A DNA stretch of 64,000 bases from a bacterium. Lineage in GTDB: Bacteria; UBA8248. Shown piece after piece: positions 30,666 through 39,544 of this stretch; position 1 is the first letter of the stretch; each line of letters opens with the position of its first letter. The position numbers and the translations under genes were made by a program. The notes below the pieces were generated by a model. That model saw only the letters and a list, made by a program, of their open reading frames with translations, did no database searches and had not been told where the DNA came from. The stretch covers positions 1,664,001 through 1,728,000 of the forward strand of contig CBDCRP010000003.1 of the NCBI GenBank assembly GCA_965221165.1. The letters are read 5' to 3'.

Positions 30666-31166
30666 TTGCGGAGAACCGGCAAGAGCGAGAAGAAAACGCG
30701 GCTCAACTTCTTCCGCCTGCACACGACCCGGAGGCTCCCTATTCCCTTGGAGGCCGCCTGGGAGTTTTTCTCGAATCCCAGGAACTTGAAGGAGATCACC
30801 CCGCCCGAACTACACCTCATCGTCGAGAACGAGCTCCCCTCGAAGGTGCACGCCGCCACCCTCATCTGCTACCGGGTGAAGCCTTTTCCGGGGATTCCGG
30901 CCCACTGGGTGACCGAGATAACGCACGTGGAGGAGGGCCGTTTCTCCGTGGACGAGCAGCGCTTCGGCCCCTACCGCTTCTGGCATCACCAGCATCATTT
31001 TCAAGAGATGGAGGGAGGCGTCGATATGCGCGACATCATCCACTACAAGCTGCCGCTGGGGCCTTTGTAGTTCCTGGCCGAGGGTCTCGTGGTGCGCCGG
31101 CGACCAGGCCGCATCTTCGCCTACCTCGAAGAGGTGCTCGCGCAGCGCTTCGGGCGGATGAATTGA
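30666..31166 (+). pseudogene. SRPBCC family gene interrupted by in-frame TAG (31068-31070), no good start codon
   Basis: AWEFFSNPRNLKEITP, WVTEITHV, DEQRFGPY..WHHQHHF, YKLPLGPL*; frame continues FLAEGLVVRRR..IFAY..RFG to TGA 31166. Confidence 0.65.
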
Positions 31167-31289
31167 TTTCGCCTCGTTCCAGGGGTATGAAGATTCATGC
31201 CCCGTCAAACATCAAGCGCCCGGCCGGATTCGTTTGCCCGAGCCGCCCGGGAAACTACCTTTTTTCACGCCTGCATCTGGAGATAGCCG

Positions 31290-32120
31290 ATGAGAATCAC
31301 CCTCGCACTCGCCGTCCTGCTCTTCGTGGCTCCAATCTGCCTCGCGCAAGAGATAACCAGGGAAAAACCCACGAACCCGGTTCTTCTGATGAAGACGAAT
31401 TTCGGCGACGTCTACATCGAAATGTTTCCCGAAGAAGCGCCCAAGACGGTGGCGAACTTCATGGATCTCGCGGCGGGCAAGCGCGTCTTCGTCGACCACA
31501 AGACCAAGGCGAAGGTAACGCGCCCGTTTTACGACGGGCTGACGTTTCACCGCGTCATCAAGGAGTTCATGATCCAGGGAGGCGACCCCAAGGGCAACGG
31601 AACCGGGGGACCCGGCTATAGCTTTGAAGATGAGATCAACGCCGAAGCCCTGGGTCTCCACAAGCAAAAAGCCCTGAAGGACGGCCGCCCCCACAGTTTT
31701 CTGCCAATCAGAAACCAGAGCGATTTTCAGCGCACCCTGATGAGTCCCCTGTTCCAGAAGATGGGAATCCGCTCCCAGGCGGAACTCGACAAGCGCATCA
31801 AAGAAGTAAAAGAGCGCATCGCCAACCTCACGCTCAAAGACGCCTATGAGAACATGGGCTATCACTTCAACGAGAAGCTCGCATCGCGCCCGCCGCAAAA
31901 GGGCGTGCTCGCGATGGCGAATTCAGGCCCCGACACGAACGGCTCGCAGTTCTTCATCAACCTGATCGACACCCCCTGGCTCGCCGGCAAACACACGGTG
32001 TTCGGCAAGGTGGCCAAAGGTATGGACGTGGTGGAGAAAATCGGCGAAACGCCCGTGGGGACGGGAAGCATCCCCCAGAAAAAAGTGCGAATCATCTCGA
32101 TCCGGGTTCATCAGCCATGA
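31290..32120 (+). CDS. Exported cyclophilin-type peptidyl-prolyl isomerase with internal insertion
   Basis: APKTVANF, FYDGLTFHRVI..FMIQGGDP, AMANSGPDTNGSQFFI, WLAGKHTVFG. Confidence 0.93.
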   Translation: MRITLALAVLLFVAPICLAQEITREKPTNPVLLMKTNFGDVYIEMFPEEAPKTVANFMDLAAGKRVFVDHKTKAKVTRPFYDGLTFHRVIKEFMIQGGDPKGNGTGGPGYSFEDEINAEALGLHKQKALKDGRPHSFLPIRNQSDFQRTLMSPLFQKMGIRSQAELDKRIKEVKERIANLTLKDAYENMGYHFNEKLASRPPQKGVLAMANSGPDTNGSQFFINLIDTPWLAGKHTVFGKVAKGMDVVEKIGETPVGTGSIPQKKVRIISIRVHQP

Positions 32121-32174
32121 GGCAAGCGTAAGGAAGGGGCGGCGAAGCCGCCGGCCGTGAACGCTCCCGGAGCG

Positions 32175-32783
32175 CTACATTTCACGCCGCCCTTCCAGGG
32201 AGCGGGTGAGCGTCATCTCGTCCGCATATTCGAGATGGCTCCCCATGGGCAGGCCGTGCGCCAGCTGGGTGACGCGCACGCCGAGGGGCTTGAGCACCTG
32301 GGCGAGATACAGAGAAGTTCCCTCTCCCGCCATATTGGGGTTTAAGGCCAGAATCACCTCTTTCACCTCGCCTCCCTTCACGCGCTCGATCAGCTTGGGG
32401 ATGGTGAGGTCCTCGGGCTCCACGCCGTCGAGGGGAGATATCACGCCCATCAGCACATGGTAGCGGCCCTTCACGCCTCCTGCGCGCTCCACTGCGAACA
32501 CGTCGGCCGGCTCTTCCACCACGCAGATGACGCCGGGTTCGCGCGCACTGCAGACGGAACAGTCCTCTCCGCCGGCTTCACCCTCCACGAGCATCGAACA
32601 CGTGCCGCACAGGCCTACTTTTTCGTGAAGAACCTCACACGAGGCGGCGATTCTGGCCGCGGCTTCAGGGTCTTTGCCCAAAAGGTGAAAAACGATTCTC
32701 TGCGCACTCTTGGGCCCGATACCGGGGAGCCTGCGAAACGCCTCGATACACTCTTCCATGGCGGGAAACCGGTTCAGTTGCAT
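32175..32783 (-). CDS. recR: Recombination mediator RecR
   Basis: LPGIGPKSAQR, C4 zinc finger, ICVVEEP, YHVLMG.ISPLDG, LEYADE.TL. Confidence 0.96.
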   Translation of the reverse strand: MQLNRFPAMEECIEAFRRLPGIGPKSAQRIVFHLLGKDPEAAARIAASCEVLHEKVGLCGTCSMLVEGEAGGEDCSVCSAREPGVICVVEEPADVFAVERAGGVKGRYHVLMGVISPLDGVEPEDLTIPKLIERVKGGEVKEVILALNPNMAGEGTSLYLAQVLKPLGVRVTQLAHGLPMGSHLEYADEMTLTRSLEGRREM

Positions 32784-32822
32784 GACGCTCCCTCACGCGC
32801 GTTTTCGAGGGCGCGCATCGGC

Positions 32823-33140
32823 TCAGAACAGGCCGGGAATGGGGAGACCGCCGGTGAGTTTCTTCATCTCTTCGGACATCATGTCCTTGCCTTTCCTGGA
32901 TGCCTCGTTGCACGCGGCGCGCACCAGATCTTCCAGCATTTCCACGTCGTCGGGGTCCACCACCTGCGGGTCTATCTTCACCGCCACGACGTCGCCCGCT
33001 CCATTGGCGGTCACGTTCACCATGCCGCCGCCCGCCGAAGCCTCCACCGTCTTCGCCGCCATCTCCTCCTGGAGCTTGGCCATCTTGTCCTGGAGCTGGC
33101 GCGCCTGTTTCATCAAATTGCCGATACCACCTTTTAACAT
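32823..33140 (-). CDS. ybaB: YbaB/EbfC nucleoid-associated protein
   Basis: LMKQARQLQ, SAGGGMV, DVEMLEDLV; located between dnaX and recR. Confidence 0.95.
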   Translation of the reverse strand: MLKGGIGNLMKQARQLQDKMAKLQEEMAAKTVEASAGGGMVNVTANGAGDVVAVKIDPQVVDPDDVEMLEDLVRAACNEASRKGKDMMSEEMKKLTGGLPIPGLF

Positions 33141-33171
33141 GAGAATCTCCCCGGGGTATTTCCCTGACTGC

Positions 33172-34905
33172 TCAAGCCATTGAATTTCCACCCGATTTTC
33201 TCACTCGCCCTTGGCGAGTGTCGAGTATCATCTTCCCGTTGAACAGATCCACGATTTCCTGAATCAAGGCCTCCTCGTTCTCATCCGCCTTCTGGTGGCG
33301 AGCGTCGCCGGCCTGGGCCGCTCCTTTTGCGGTTTGGGGATGCGCGCCGTTTTCCACGCCCGCTATCTCGACCCTGGCGCTCCAGGGGGAGTGCGTCCTG
33401 AAAAATTCCTCGATTTCGGGCAGCACCTCTTGCGCCAAATGCAAACACTGCGCCGTCTGATTCTCCCGGGCGAGAACCACGCGGACGAGCCCCTCGGTTC
33501 CCAAATCGAGTTCAACGCCCTGAAAAAGCGGACGCCTCATCGGACGCAAGGCCTCCACCGCTCCCGTCCATACGCTGCGCGCCTGGACGGAATCCCACTT
33601 CTGCGCTTCCGCCTGCGCGACGGGAGAATCTCCAGAAGCGCTTTCGGGCTTGGGCGGCGCCGGAGCGGGCGGCGAGGGTTCCCGATGAACCGGAGTGGGC
33701 GCGCTCGCAGGAGCTTCTCCCCGAGGCGAGTCGGTGCGTGGAGGCTTCTCCGATGCCCCTCCGCCCATGGTTTCGAGCCTTTCCATCAAAGAGCCCAGAT
33801 CCACTATCGGCTCAATCTGGCACATCCGCAGAATCGCGACTTCAAGCGTCATTCGGGGATGATCCGATGTTCTGAGCTCGAGTTCCGCCCCCTGCAAGAT
33901 GGAATACGCCTGATGCGCCTCGGCGAAATTCATCTTCCCCGCCACTTCCCTGCGCTCTGCAATCTCCGATGCCGCCACGTCGAAGAGCGCCTCGTCGTCA
34001 CCGGCCGATAACAGCACCATGCAGTCGCGCAGATACTCCAGTAGGTTCGCGGAGAAGAGCCCGAGATCGTGGCCTGCGTCAAACAGGCTTTTCAGTTCGA
34101 CGAGCGCCTTGTTCCCGTCGCGCTCGATCACCGCCTCGACAAGGGCCTTGTACATGCTCCCCGACGGCACGCCGAGCACTTTTTCCACTTCCTCGCTCGA
34201 TGCCGGGTCCTCGGCGGCGAAAGCCAGCACCTGATCGAGCAAGGATTGCGCATCGCGTATGCTGCCCTCCCCCATCCGCGCCAGCAATTTGACGGCCGCC
34301 TCGTCCATCTTCCTCCCCTGCGCCTCGACGATGCGAGAGAGATGCGCCGCGATGACCGAGGTCGCTATTCTCCGGAACTCGAACACCTGGCAGCGGCTCA
34401 AAATGGTGTCGGGGACGTTCTTGACCTCCGTGGTGGCCAGAATGAAAACGACGTGGGGCGGCGGCTCCTCGAGCGTCTTGAGCAACGCGTTGAAAGAGCT
34501 TTTGGAGAGCATGTGCACTTCATCGAAAATCACCGTCTTGTAGCGCCCGCGCGCGGGGTGGTAGCGCAGCCCCTCGCGCAGTTCACGCACGTTGTCGACC
34601 CCCGTATAGGTGGCGGCGTCGATCTCCAGGATATCCGGATGGCTCCCCCTCGTAATCTCCTCGCAAGATGAACACTGGTTGCACGGCTCGGGAAGAGGCC
34701 CTTCTCCCGACTCGCAATTCAGCGCCTTGGCGAGAATGCGCGCGGTGGTCGTCTTGCCGACCCCGCGCGTTCCGCTGAACAGATAAGCGGACGCGACGCG
34801 CCCCGAGGCAAGCGCATTGGAGAGGGTTCGCCGGATATGTTCCTGGCCGATGAGTTCTTCGAAACGCTGCGGCCGCCATTTTCTGGCGCTACCGATGAAG
34901 GCCAT
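33172..34905 (-). CDS. dnaX: DNA polymerase III subunit gamma/tau
   Basis: ARKWRPQRF, GTRGVGKTT, EIDAA, DEVHML, NALLKTLEEPP, SRC motif. Confidence 0.97.
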   Translation of the reverse strand: MAFIGSARKWRPQRFEELIGQEHIRRTLSNALASGRVASAYLFSGTRGVGKTTTARILAKALNCESGEGPLPEPCNQCSSCEEITRGSHPDILEIDAATYTGVDNVRELREGLRYHPARGRYKTVIFDEVHMLSKSSFNALLKTLEEPPPHVVFILATTEVKNVPDTILSRCQVFEFRRIATSVIAAHLSRIVEAQGRKMDEAAVKLLARMGEGSIRDAQSLLDQVLAFAAEDPASSEEVEKVLGVPSGSMYKALVEAVIERDGNKALVELKSLFDAGHDLGLFSANLLEYLRDCMVLLSAGDDEALFDVAASEIAERREVAGKMNFAEAHQAYSILQGAELELRTSDHPRMTLEVAILRMCQIEPIVDLGSLMERLETMGGGASEKPPRTDSPRGEAPASAPTPVHREPSPPAPAPPKPESASGDSPVAQAEAQKWDSVQARSVWTGAVEALRPMRRPLFQGVELDLGTEGLVRVVLARENQTAQCLHLAQEVLPEIEEFFRTHSPWSARVEIAGVENGAHPQTAKGAAQAGDARHQKADENEEALIQEIVDLFNGKMILDTRQGRVRKSGGNSMA

Positions 34906-34971
34906 CAAGAATCCATCCTAAAGGATTTTCACCATCGAGCGAGTCCAGCACATCATGAGAATTGATCGGAC

Positions 34972-35104
34972 CCTGCGTTGGAGTCGACCGGCCAGGCGCC
35001 CTCGTGGCGCCCGGGAGTATCCACTTACCGCTGCTTCCTTCCGGACCTGACGGGGTTCGCGGGCTCCCGCCGCACGAGACCCAACCGGCCGAATCCATCG
35101 CAGG
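34972..35104 (-). ncRNA. ffs: Signal recognition particle RNA
   Basis: Helix-8 signature UCAGGUCCGGAAGGAAGCAGC on the minus strand within a long hairpin; upstream of dnaX; ends approximate. Confidence 0.93.
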
Positions 35105-35274
35105 CTCTCAGGGAAATCCTACCCCGTAGGCAGGCCTTTGGGAAGCGGGGGCGTCTGCATTTTCGGCATGGCGAAGTGGCGCGCCGGGGGGAAGCGGATA
35201 ACCCTTCATGTAACACGGCGTTAGGGGGAACCTCCTCCGCGCGGCCGGCAACCAGCGAGGTTCCTTGTCCTGGA

Positions 35275-35710
35275 ATAGGGACGGACCTGTGTGTCCGCCC
35301 GCCTTTGTTTTTGATCGTCATTCCGGCAGTCCCTCCCGCATTGGTCGGGGTAGGACCCGTAGGGGACGGCCCCAAGGAGTCGGTTCCGACCGAAGAGGGA
35401 GGAACCGCCACCTACACCCCGAATGACGACCGTAGTAGGGACAATCCCCTGTGGTTGCCCTTCGTCAGGACAGGCGCGGGAATCGGACAGGCACGGGGGC
35501 TTGTGGGGCAGCCCCGAGGAGGGCAGCCACTACGAAACCATTATGCTCCCGTAGGGGCGGACCTGTGTGTCCGCCCGTCTTTGTTTTTGATCGTCATTCC
35601 GGTGCATGCTGGTGGCAACCGCAGGTTGACCAGGCGGACGGGAAACGCATCGTCAAACCCGACCGAAGAGGGAGAGTTTGTGGATTCCGGCATCCGCCGG
35701 AATGACGTTG
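35275..35710. repeat. REP-like palindrome cluster C (composite)
   Basis: GTAGGGGCGGACCTGTGTGTCCGCCC (35551-35576), ATTCCGGCATCCGCCGGAATGAC; 58-nt block shared with cluster B. Confidence 0.8.
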
Positions 35711-35913
35711 GTGGGACCGCTCATGGGTCGGGGATACAAAAAGCCGGGACGATGCAGCGCTAAAGTAGTTATCGGTAAAATTTCTCCGGCGGGCTGCGGA
35801 TGTCGCCATTTCGCCCGCAATGGGGTTACAATGGATTTTCAAATACCCGATCGCGCGAAGCCCTTGGCGCGGGTATCTTTCTTCGCGCCAAATGCGGAAA
35901 GGCAACCCGAAGC

Positions 35914-36777
35914 ATGTCTTATTCGAAGTTAGTCGAACTCTCGGAGGGAAAGGCTTACGTCCTCCACAACACGTTTCCGCTGGATGGCCGAATCAGCGCT
36001 TATCCCATCAGCGCGCGCGGGCATAGCGTCTCGAACTGCTATCTCTTGAAAGAAGAAACAGGCGCGCTTCTGCTCGATACGGGCTACGCCGTTCACGAAG
36101 CCGAAATCCTGGCGCAGCTCGCATCCGTTCTCGACCCCGAGACGCCGCTGTCGCTCCTTCCGCTTCGCATCAACGAATTCATGTCGGTGGGCAACGCCAT
36201 GGCGATCGCCAAGCGCTTCAACGTGGTGGAATGCCTGGCCCCCGTGCCGAAAATAAACGAGTGGCTCGAGTTCGAAACGATTGATCCGGGCGGCGGGAAC
36301 AACGGCAACCCCACCCTCAACACTACGCTATTGAAACCACTCCACCCCTTTGAAATCGGCGAGAGATACATCGAAGTCATGAACGCGCCGATCCGTCTCA
36401 TCAACACCCGCTGGATTTACGACGAGGCCACGCGCACGCTGTTCTCCTCGGACATGTTCTCCCACATCTGGCAAGAACGCGCCGACGGCCCCTGGATGCT
36501 GGATGAAGACGACGTGACGACAAACGCCTTCGTCCGCTCGTTTTTACTGAACACCCGCTACTGGTGGCTCGAGGGCGCGAGGACGGACGACATCCGAAAA
36601 GGGGTCGCCGAAGTCTTCGAGCGTTATGAAATCGAAACCATCGCTCCGGGATACGGCGTCATCCTGCGCGGACGTCATCTGGTCGAGCGGCAATTCTCCG
36701 TGCTCGACGAGGTTCTGGCGGGCCTAGACCGCACGGTCGTCAAACCAGGATACGTCGCCTTGGGCCTCGAGAGATAG
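35914..36777 (+). CDS. Metallo-beta-lactamase-fold protein (FprA N-domain-like), metal ligands degenerate
   Basis: NCYLL..LLDTG, IYDEATRTLFSSDMF, IAPGYG; LRINEFMS in place of HxExxH. Confidence 0.7.
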   Translation: MSYSKLVELSEGKAYVLHNTFPLDGRISAYPISARGHSVSNCYLLKEETGALLLDTGYAVHEAEILAQLASVLDPETPLSLLPLRINEFMSVGNAMAIAKRFNVVECLAPVPKINEWLEFETIDPGGGNNGNPTLNTTLLKPLHPFEIGERYIEVMNAPIRLINTRWIYDEATRTLFSSDMFSHIWQERADGPWMLDEDDVTTNAFVRSFLLNTRYWWLEGARTDDIRKGVAEVFERYEIETIAPGYGVILRGRHLVERQFSVLDEVLAGLDRTVVKPGYVALGLER

Positions 36778-36786
36778 GATAAATTC

Positions 36787-37548
36787 ATGAGTTATCCGCT
36801 GCCCCGTGAAATATCGACCGGCGTCTTCTGGCTCGGCGACTGCCTCGTACAACACTCCCAGGGGAAAATCTACCACTCCTACAATGCGGCTTTTCTCGTC
36901 ATCGGCTCGGAAGCCTCCATACTCGTGGAGACGGGGCATCCCAAGGATTTTCCCGCCATCGAGGGGCAGATGCGAGACATTCTGGCCAGAGGCGGCGGGC
37001 CGCTCAAGCACCTGTTCCTGACCCATCAGGAAACCCCCCATTCGGGCGGTCTGGGCCGCGTGCTCGACCGATACCCCGACCTCACCATCCACGGGGATAT
37101 GTGCGACTACCACCTGGCGTTCCCCCAACACGCGGATCGCTTCAAGGAAATGCGGGTGGGAGAGGCCATCGACTTGGGGAACACGAGGTTCATGGCCGTG
37201 GAGCCCGTGATCAGGGACTTGAGGAGTTCTCTTTGGGGATTCGAGACCGCCGGGCGGGTGCTCTTTCCCGGAGACGGCTTCGCCTACAGCCACTACCATA
37301 CGGACGGGCATTGCGGCATGTTCGCGGAGGAGGCCACCTCTCTCGACCTGGTCGACGTGCTGGGCGTATTCGCGGAGCGCGCCCTGTTCTGGACCACCTT
37401 CACCGACATGAACATCTATGCCGACAAGCTCGAAGAACTGATGGATAAGCTGAACGTCGGGGTGGTCGCTCCGACCCACGGCCTCCCGATAAGGAACATC
37501 GCGCAAACGATGCCCAAGGTGAGAGAAGGCCTCGTCAGAGACGAGTAA
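36787..37548 (+). CDS. Metallo-beta-lactamase-fold protein (FprA/flavodiiron N-domain-like, stand-alone)
   Basis: YNAAFLV, VETG, THQETPHSGG, LFPGDGF, VAPTHG. Confidence 0.8.
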   Translation: MSYPLPREISTGVFWLGDCLVQHSQGKIYHSYNAAFLVIGSEASILVETGHPKDFPAIEGQMRDILARGGGPLKHLFLTHQETPHSGGLGRVLDRYPDLTIHGDMCDYHLAFPQHADRFKEMRVGEAIDLGNTRFMAVEPVIRDLRSSLWGFETAGRVLFPGDGFAYSHYHTDGHCGMFAEEATSLDLVDVLGVFAERALFWTTFTDMNIYADKLEELMDKLNVGVVAPTHGLPIRNIAQTMPKVREGLVRDE

Positions 37549-37584
37549 GGTTCAGCGCCAAGACTCCAGAATATTCAAACCGGC

Positions 37585-37983
37585 TTAGACGTCCTCCACC
37601 AGTTCCCACAGCGCGCCCATGGTGCTTTTGGGCTGGATGAAGGCGATGAGGTGCCCGCCGAAGCCGGGCCTTGATTTCTCGTCAATCAACTCGAAGCCCC
37701 GCGCCTTCAAATCGGCCAGCACGCCGTCGATGTTCTTCACGTCGAAGGCCACGTGGTGGAGGCCCTCGCCGCGCTCTTCGATGAATTTGGCGAGAGGGGT
37801 GCCTTCCTTGATGGGCGAGATGGGCTCGATGAGGTCGCCGCCCAGATCCAGCATCGCCAGATCGGTCGCGCCGTCGGCCGAAGTCTCCCGCGCGAGCAAT
37901 TTAGCGCCCATGCTTTCATACAGAGCAATGGAGGCGTCCATATCCTTCACCGCGACGCCTATGTGATGAAATTTGTTGAACAT
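37585..37983 (-). CDS. VOC family protein, methylmalonyl-CoA epimerase-like
   Basis: HHIGVAV, FIEERGEGLHHVAF, IAFIQPKS..G.LWEL. Confidence 0.85.
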   Translation of the reverse strand: MFNKFHHIGVAVKDMDASIALYESMGAKLLARETSADGATDLAMLDLGGDLIEPISPIKEGTPLAKFIEERGEGLHHVAFDVKNIDGVLADLKARGFELIDEKSRPGFGGHLIAFIQPKSTMGALWELVEDV

Positions 37984-38205
37984 ATTCGCGTTTCCTCCCG
38001 ATCAGGCGCGGGGACGGGAATTTCCCCCGCCCGCCGCATCGAATGCTCCATGGATTGACGAGACATCTGTTTAGCAGGCTTGCCGGAATTCCACAATCAA
38101 ACCCTTAGTTTTCGGTTCCGGGAAACTATACTTGAGCGCGCGTTTGCCGTATCCTGCACTTATCAGCGGGAATCATACGGACGACATATTCATAAGGAGA
38201 AATTC

Positions 38206-38766
38206 ATGGAAGGCCCGATTGATGGACACGGCACGTCCACGGTTCCGGGTGAGCGCGTCATCGACAAGCCCGAACACCCCGCCGGGGGGCTTTATACGGA
38301 CAACACCGTCCACACCGAGATGCACGAGGGCGCTCTTCAGCTCAAGCGCGGCAGGGCGGGAGATTTCGAGATATTCTGCGACGAGGGCGCCGGGATCGGC
38401 GGCACGGCCCGATACCCCACCCCGATGGCCTATCTCGCGATGGCGACGGGGTTCTGACTGCTCACCCAGGTGTCGCGGTACGCGCACATGATGAAAATGG
38501 AAATCAAGGGGGCGAGCGTCTCGGTCCGGTTCAAAAAGCTGCTGGGCGGCTCCGTTTTGAAGGGAACCGTGTTCAACAAGTGGGAGAGCGTGGACACGCA
38601 CCTGAAAGTCGAATCGGACGAGCCTGCGGACAAGCTCGCGCATCTCATCAAAAACGCCAAGAACGGCTGTTTCGCCGAGGGCTTGATCACCGAGCCGGTG
38701 CCTTTGAACTCCACCGTGGAGGTGAACGGCGAGCCGTTCAGAATCGAAGGGGTAACGGCGGACTGA
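38206..38766 (+). CDS. OsmC/Ohr-like protein with in-frame UGA (predicted Sec) at 38455-38457
   Basis: DEGAGIGG..PTPMAYLAMATGF-U-LLTQVSRYA places U at the first OsmC Cys; second Cys in NGCF; TAAGGAG RBS; ORFs 38080-38457 and 38470-38766 share a frame. Confidence 0.88.
38470..38487 (+). promoter_or_regulatory. Candidate bacterial SECIS hairpin for the OsmC-like gene
   Basis: GTG-T-CGC-GGTAC-GCG-CAC: bulged U, G-starting loop about 19 nt after UGA. Confidence 0.65.
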
Positions 38767-38788
38767 CCCGCCATATATGGAGCCATCA

Positions 38789-39238
38789 ATGGAATACTTC
38801 GACGCGTCGCCCGACATATCATTCGGCTCACAGCCCGAGCCTGCGGATCTCGAATCCCTCGCAGATAGAGGGGTCAGGACCATCATCAACACGCGCTTTC
38901 CCGAGGAAGACCAGGGCGAGTTGCCGCCCGCGCGCGCGAAGGCCGAGGCCGAGGCGCTGGGGATGCGCTACGTGAACATCCCCGTCTCGCCGGTGGAGTT
39001 CAGTCCCGATTCGCTCGCCGAGGTGAGCCGCGCGCTCGATGAGTCCAAGGCCCACGGGCCTACGTTCGTGCACTGAAAGGCCACTGGGCGGGCCGGGATT
39101 TGCTCGCTGAACCATCTGGCGGATGAGAACGCGTGGAGCGCGGGGGAGATGGAGGGGGCCGCCGACGCCACGGGCTTCGACTGGCGCGAAGCGCCGCTGG
39201 CGCCCAAATACCGCGAATTCTTCGCGCAGAGGGGATGA
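38789..39238 (+). CDS. DUF442/phosphatase-fold sulfurtransferase-like protein with in-frame UGA (predicted Sec) at 39074-39076
   Basis: SQP..DL..LA..GVRTIIN.R..EE, LGMRYVNIPV, GPTFVH-U-KATGRA equals the H-C-x4-R active loop; frame stays open 53 codons to TGA 39238. Confidence 0.85.
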
Positions 39239-39319
39239 CCCCCCCTACCCCCCGAAAAGGGCGATTTTGGGCCGATCTGTTTTCTATCTATTTGATTATA
39301 CTTGACTTACCGCCCATTT

Positions 39320-39463
39320 AATTTTCAGATATTTTCGCCTAATTTCGCCTATTTTCAGATATTTTCACTTATTCGCGCCCCCGCTCCGCGCATGACGCTC
39401 CGCTTCACCACCATACACGCCCGCGCCCCGAGGCCGGTGACGGGATTTGCGGCCAAATGCGTG
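39320..39463. repeat. Copy 2 of the dispersed non-coding element with 10-bp phased ATTTTC units
   Basis: ATTTTCAGAT ATTTTCGCCT AATTTCGCCT ATTTTCAGAT ATTTTCACTT, then the same two conserved blocks as 18039-18109. Confidence 0.7.
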
Positions 39464-39544
39464 GTTCAATTCCGAGCGATGAGGGAGGGATTGTTCCGAC
39501 CAATACGAGAGGCATTCCTGAGCGGTCGTGGCTCCCTTCATCTG

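Noticed and set aside
33172-34905. Programmed -1 frameshift in dnaX
   Set aside because: No A AAA AAG or long A-run slippery site seen on the coding strand.
34978-35763. 261-aa ORF upstream of dnaX
   Set aside because: It runs antisense through the SRP RNA and across REP cluster C; translation of repeats, not a gene.
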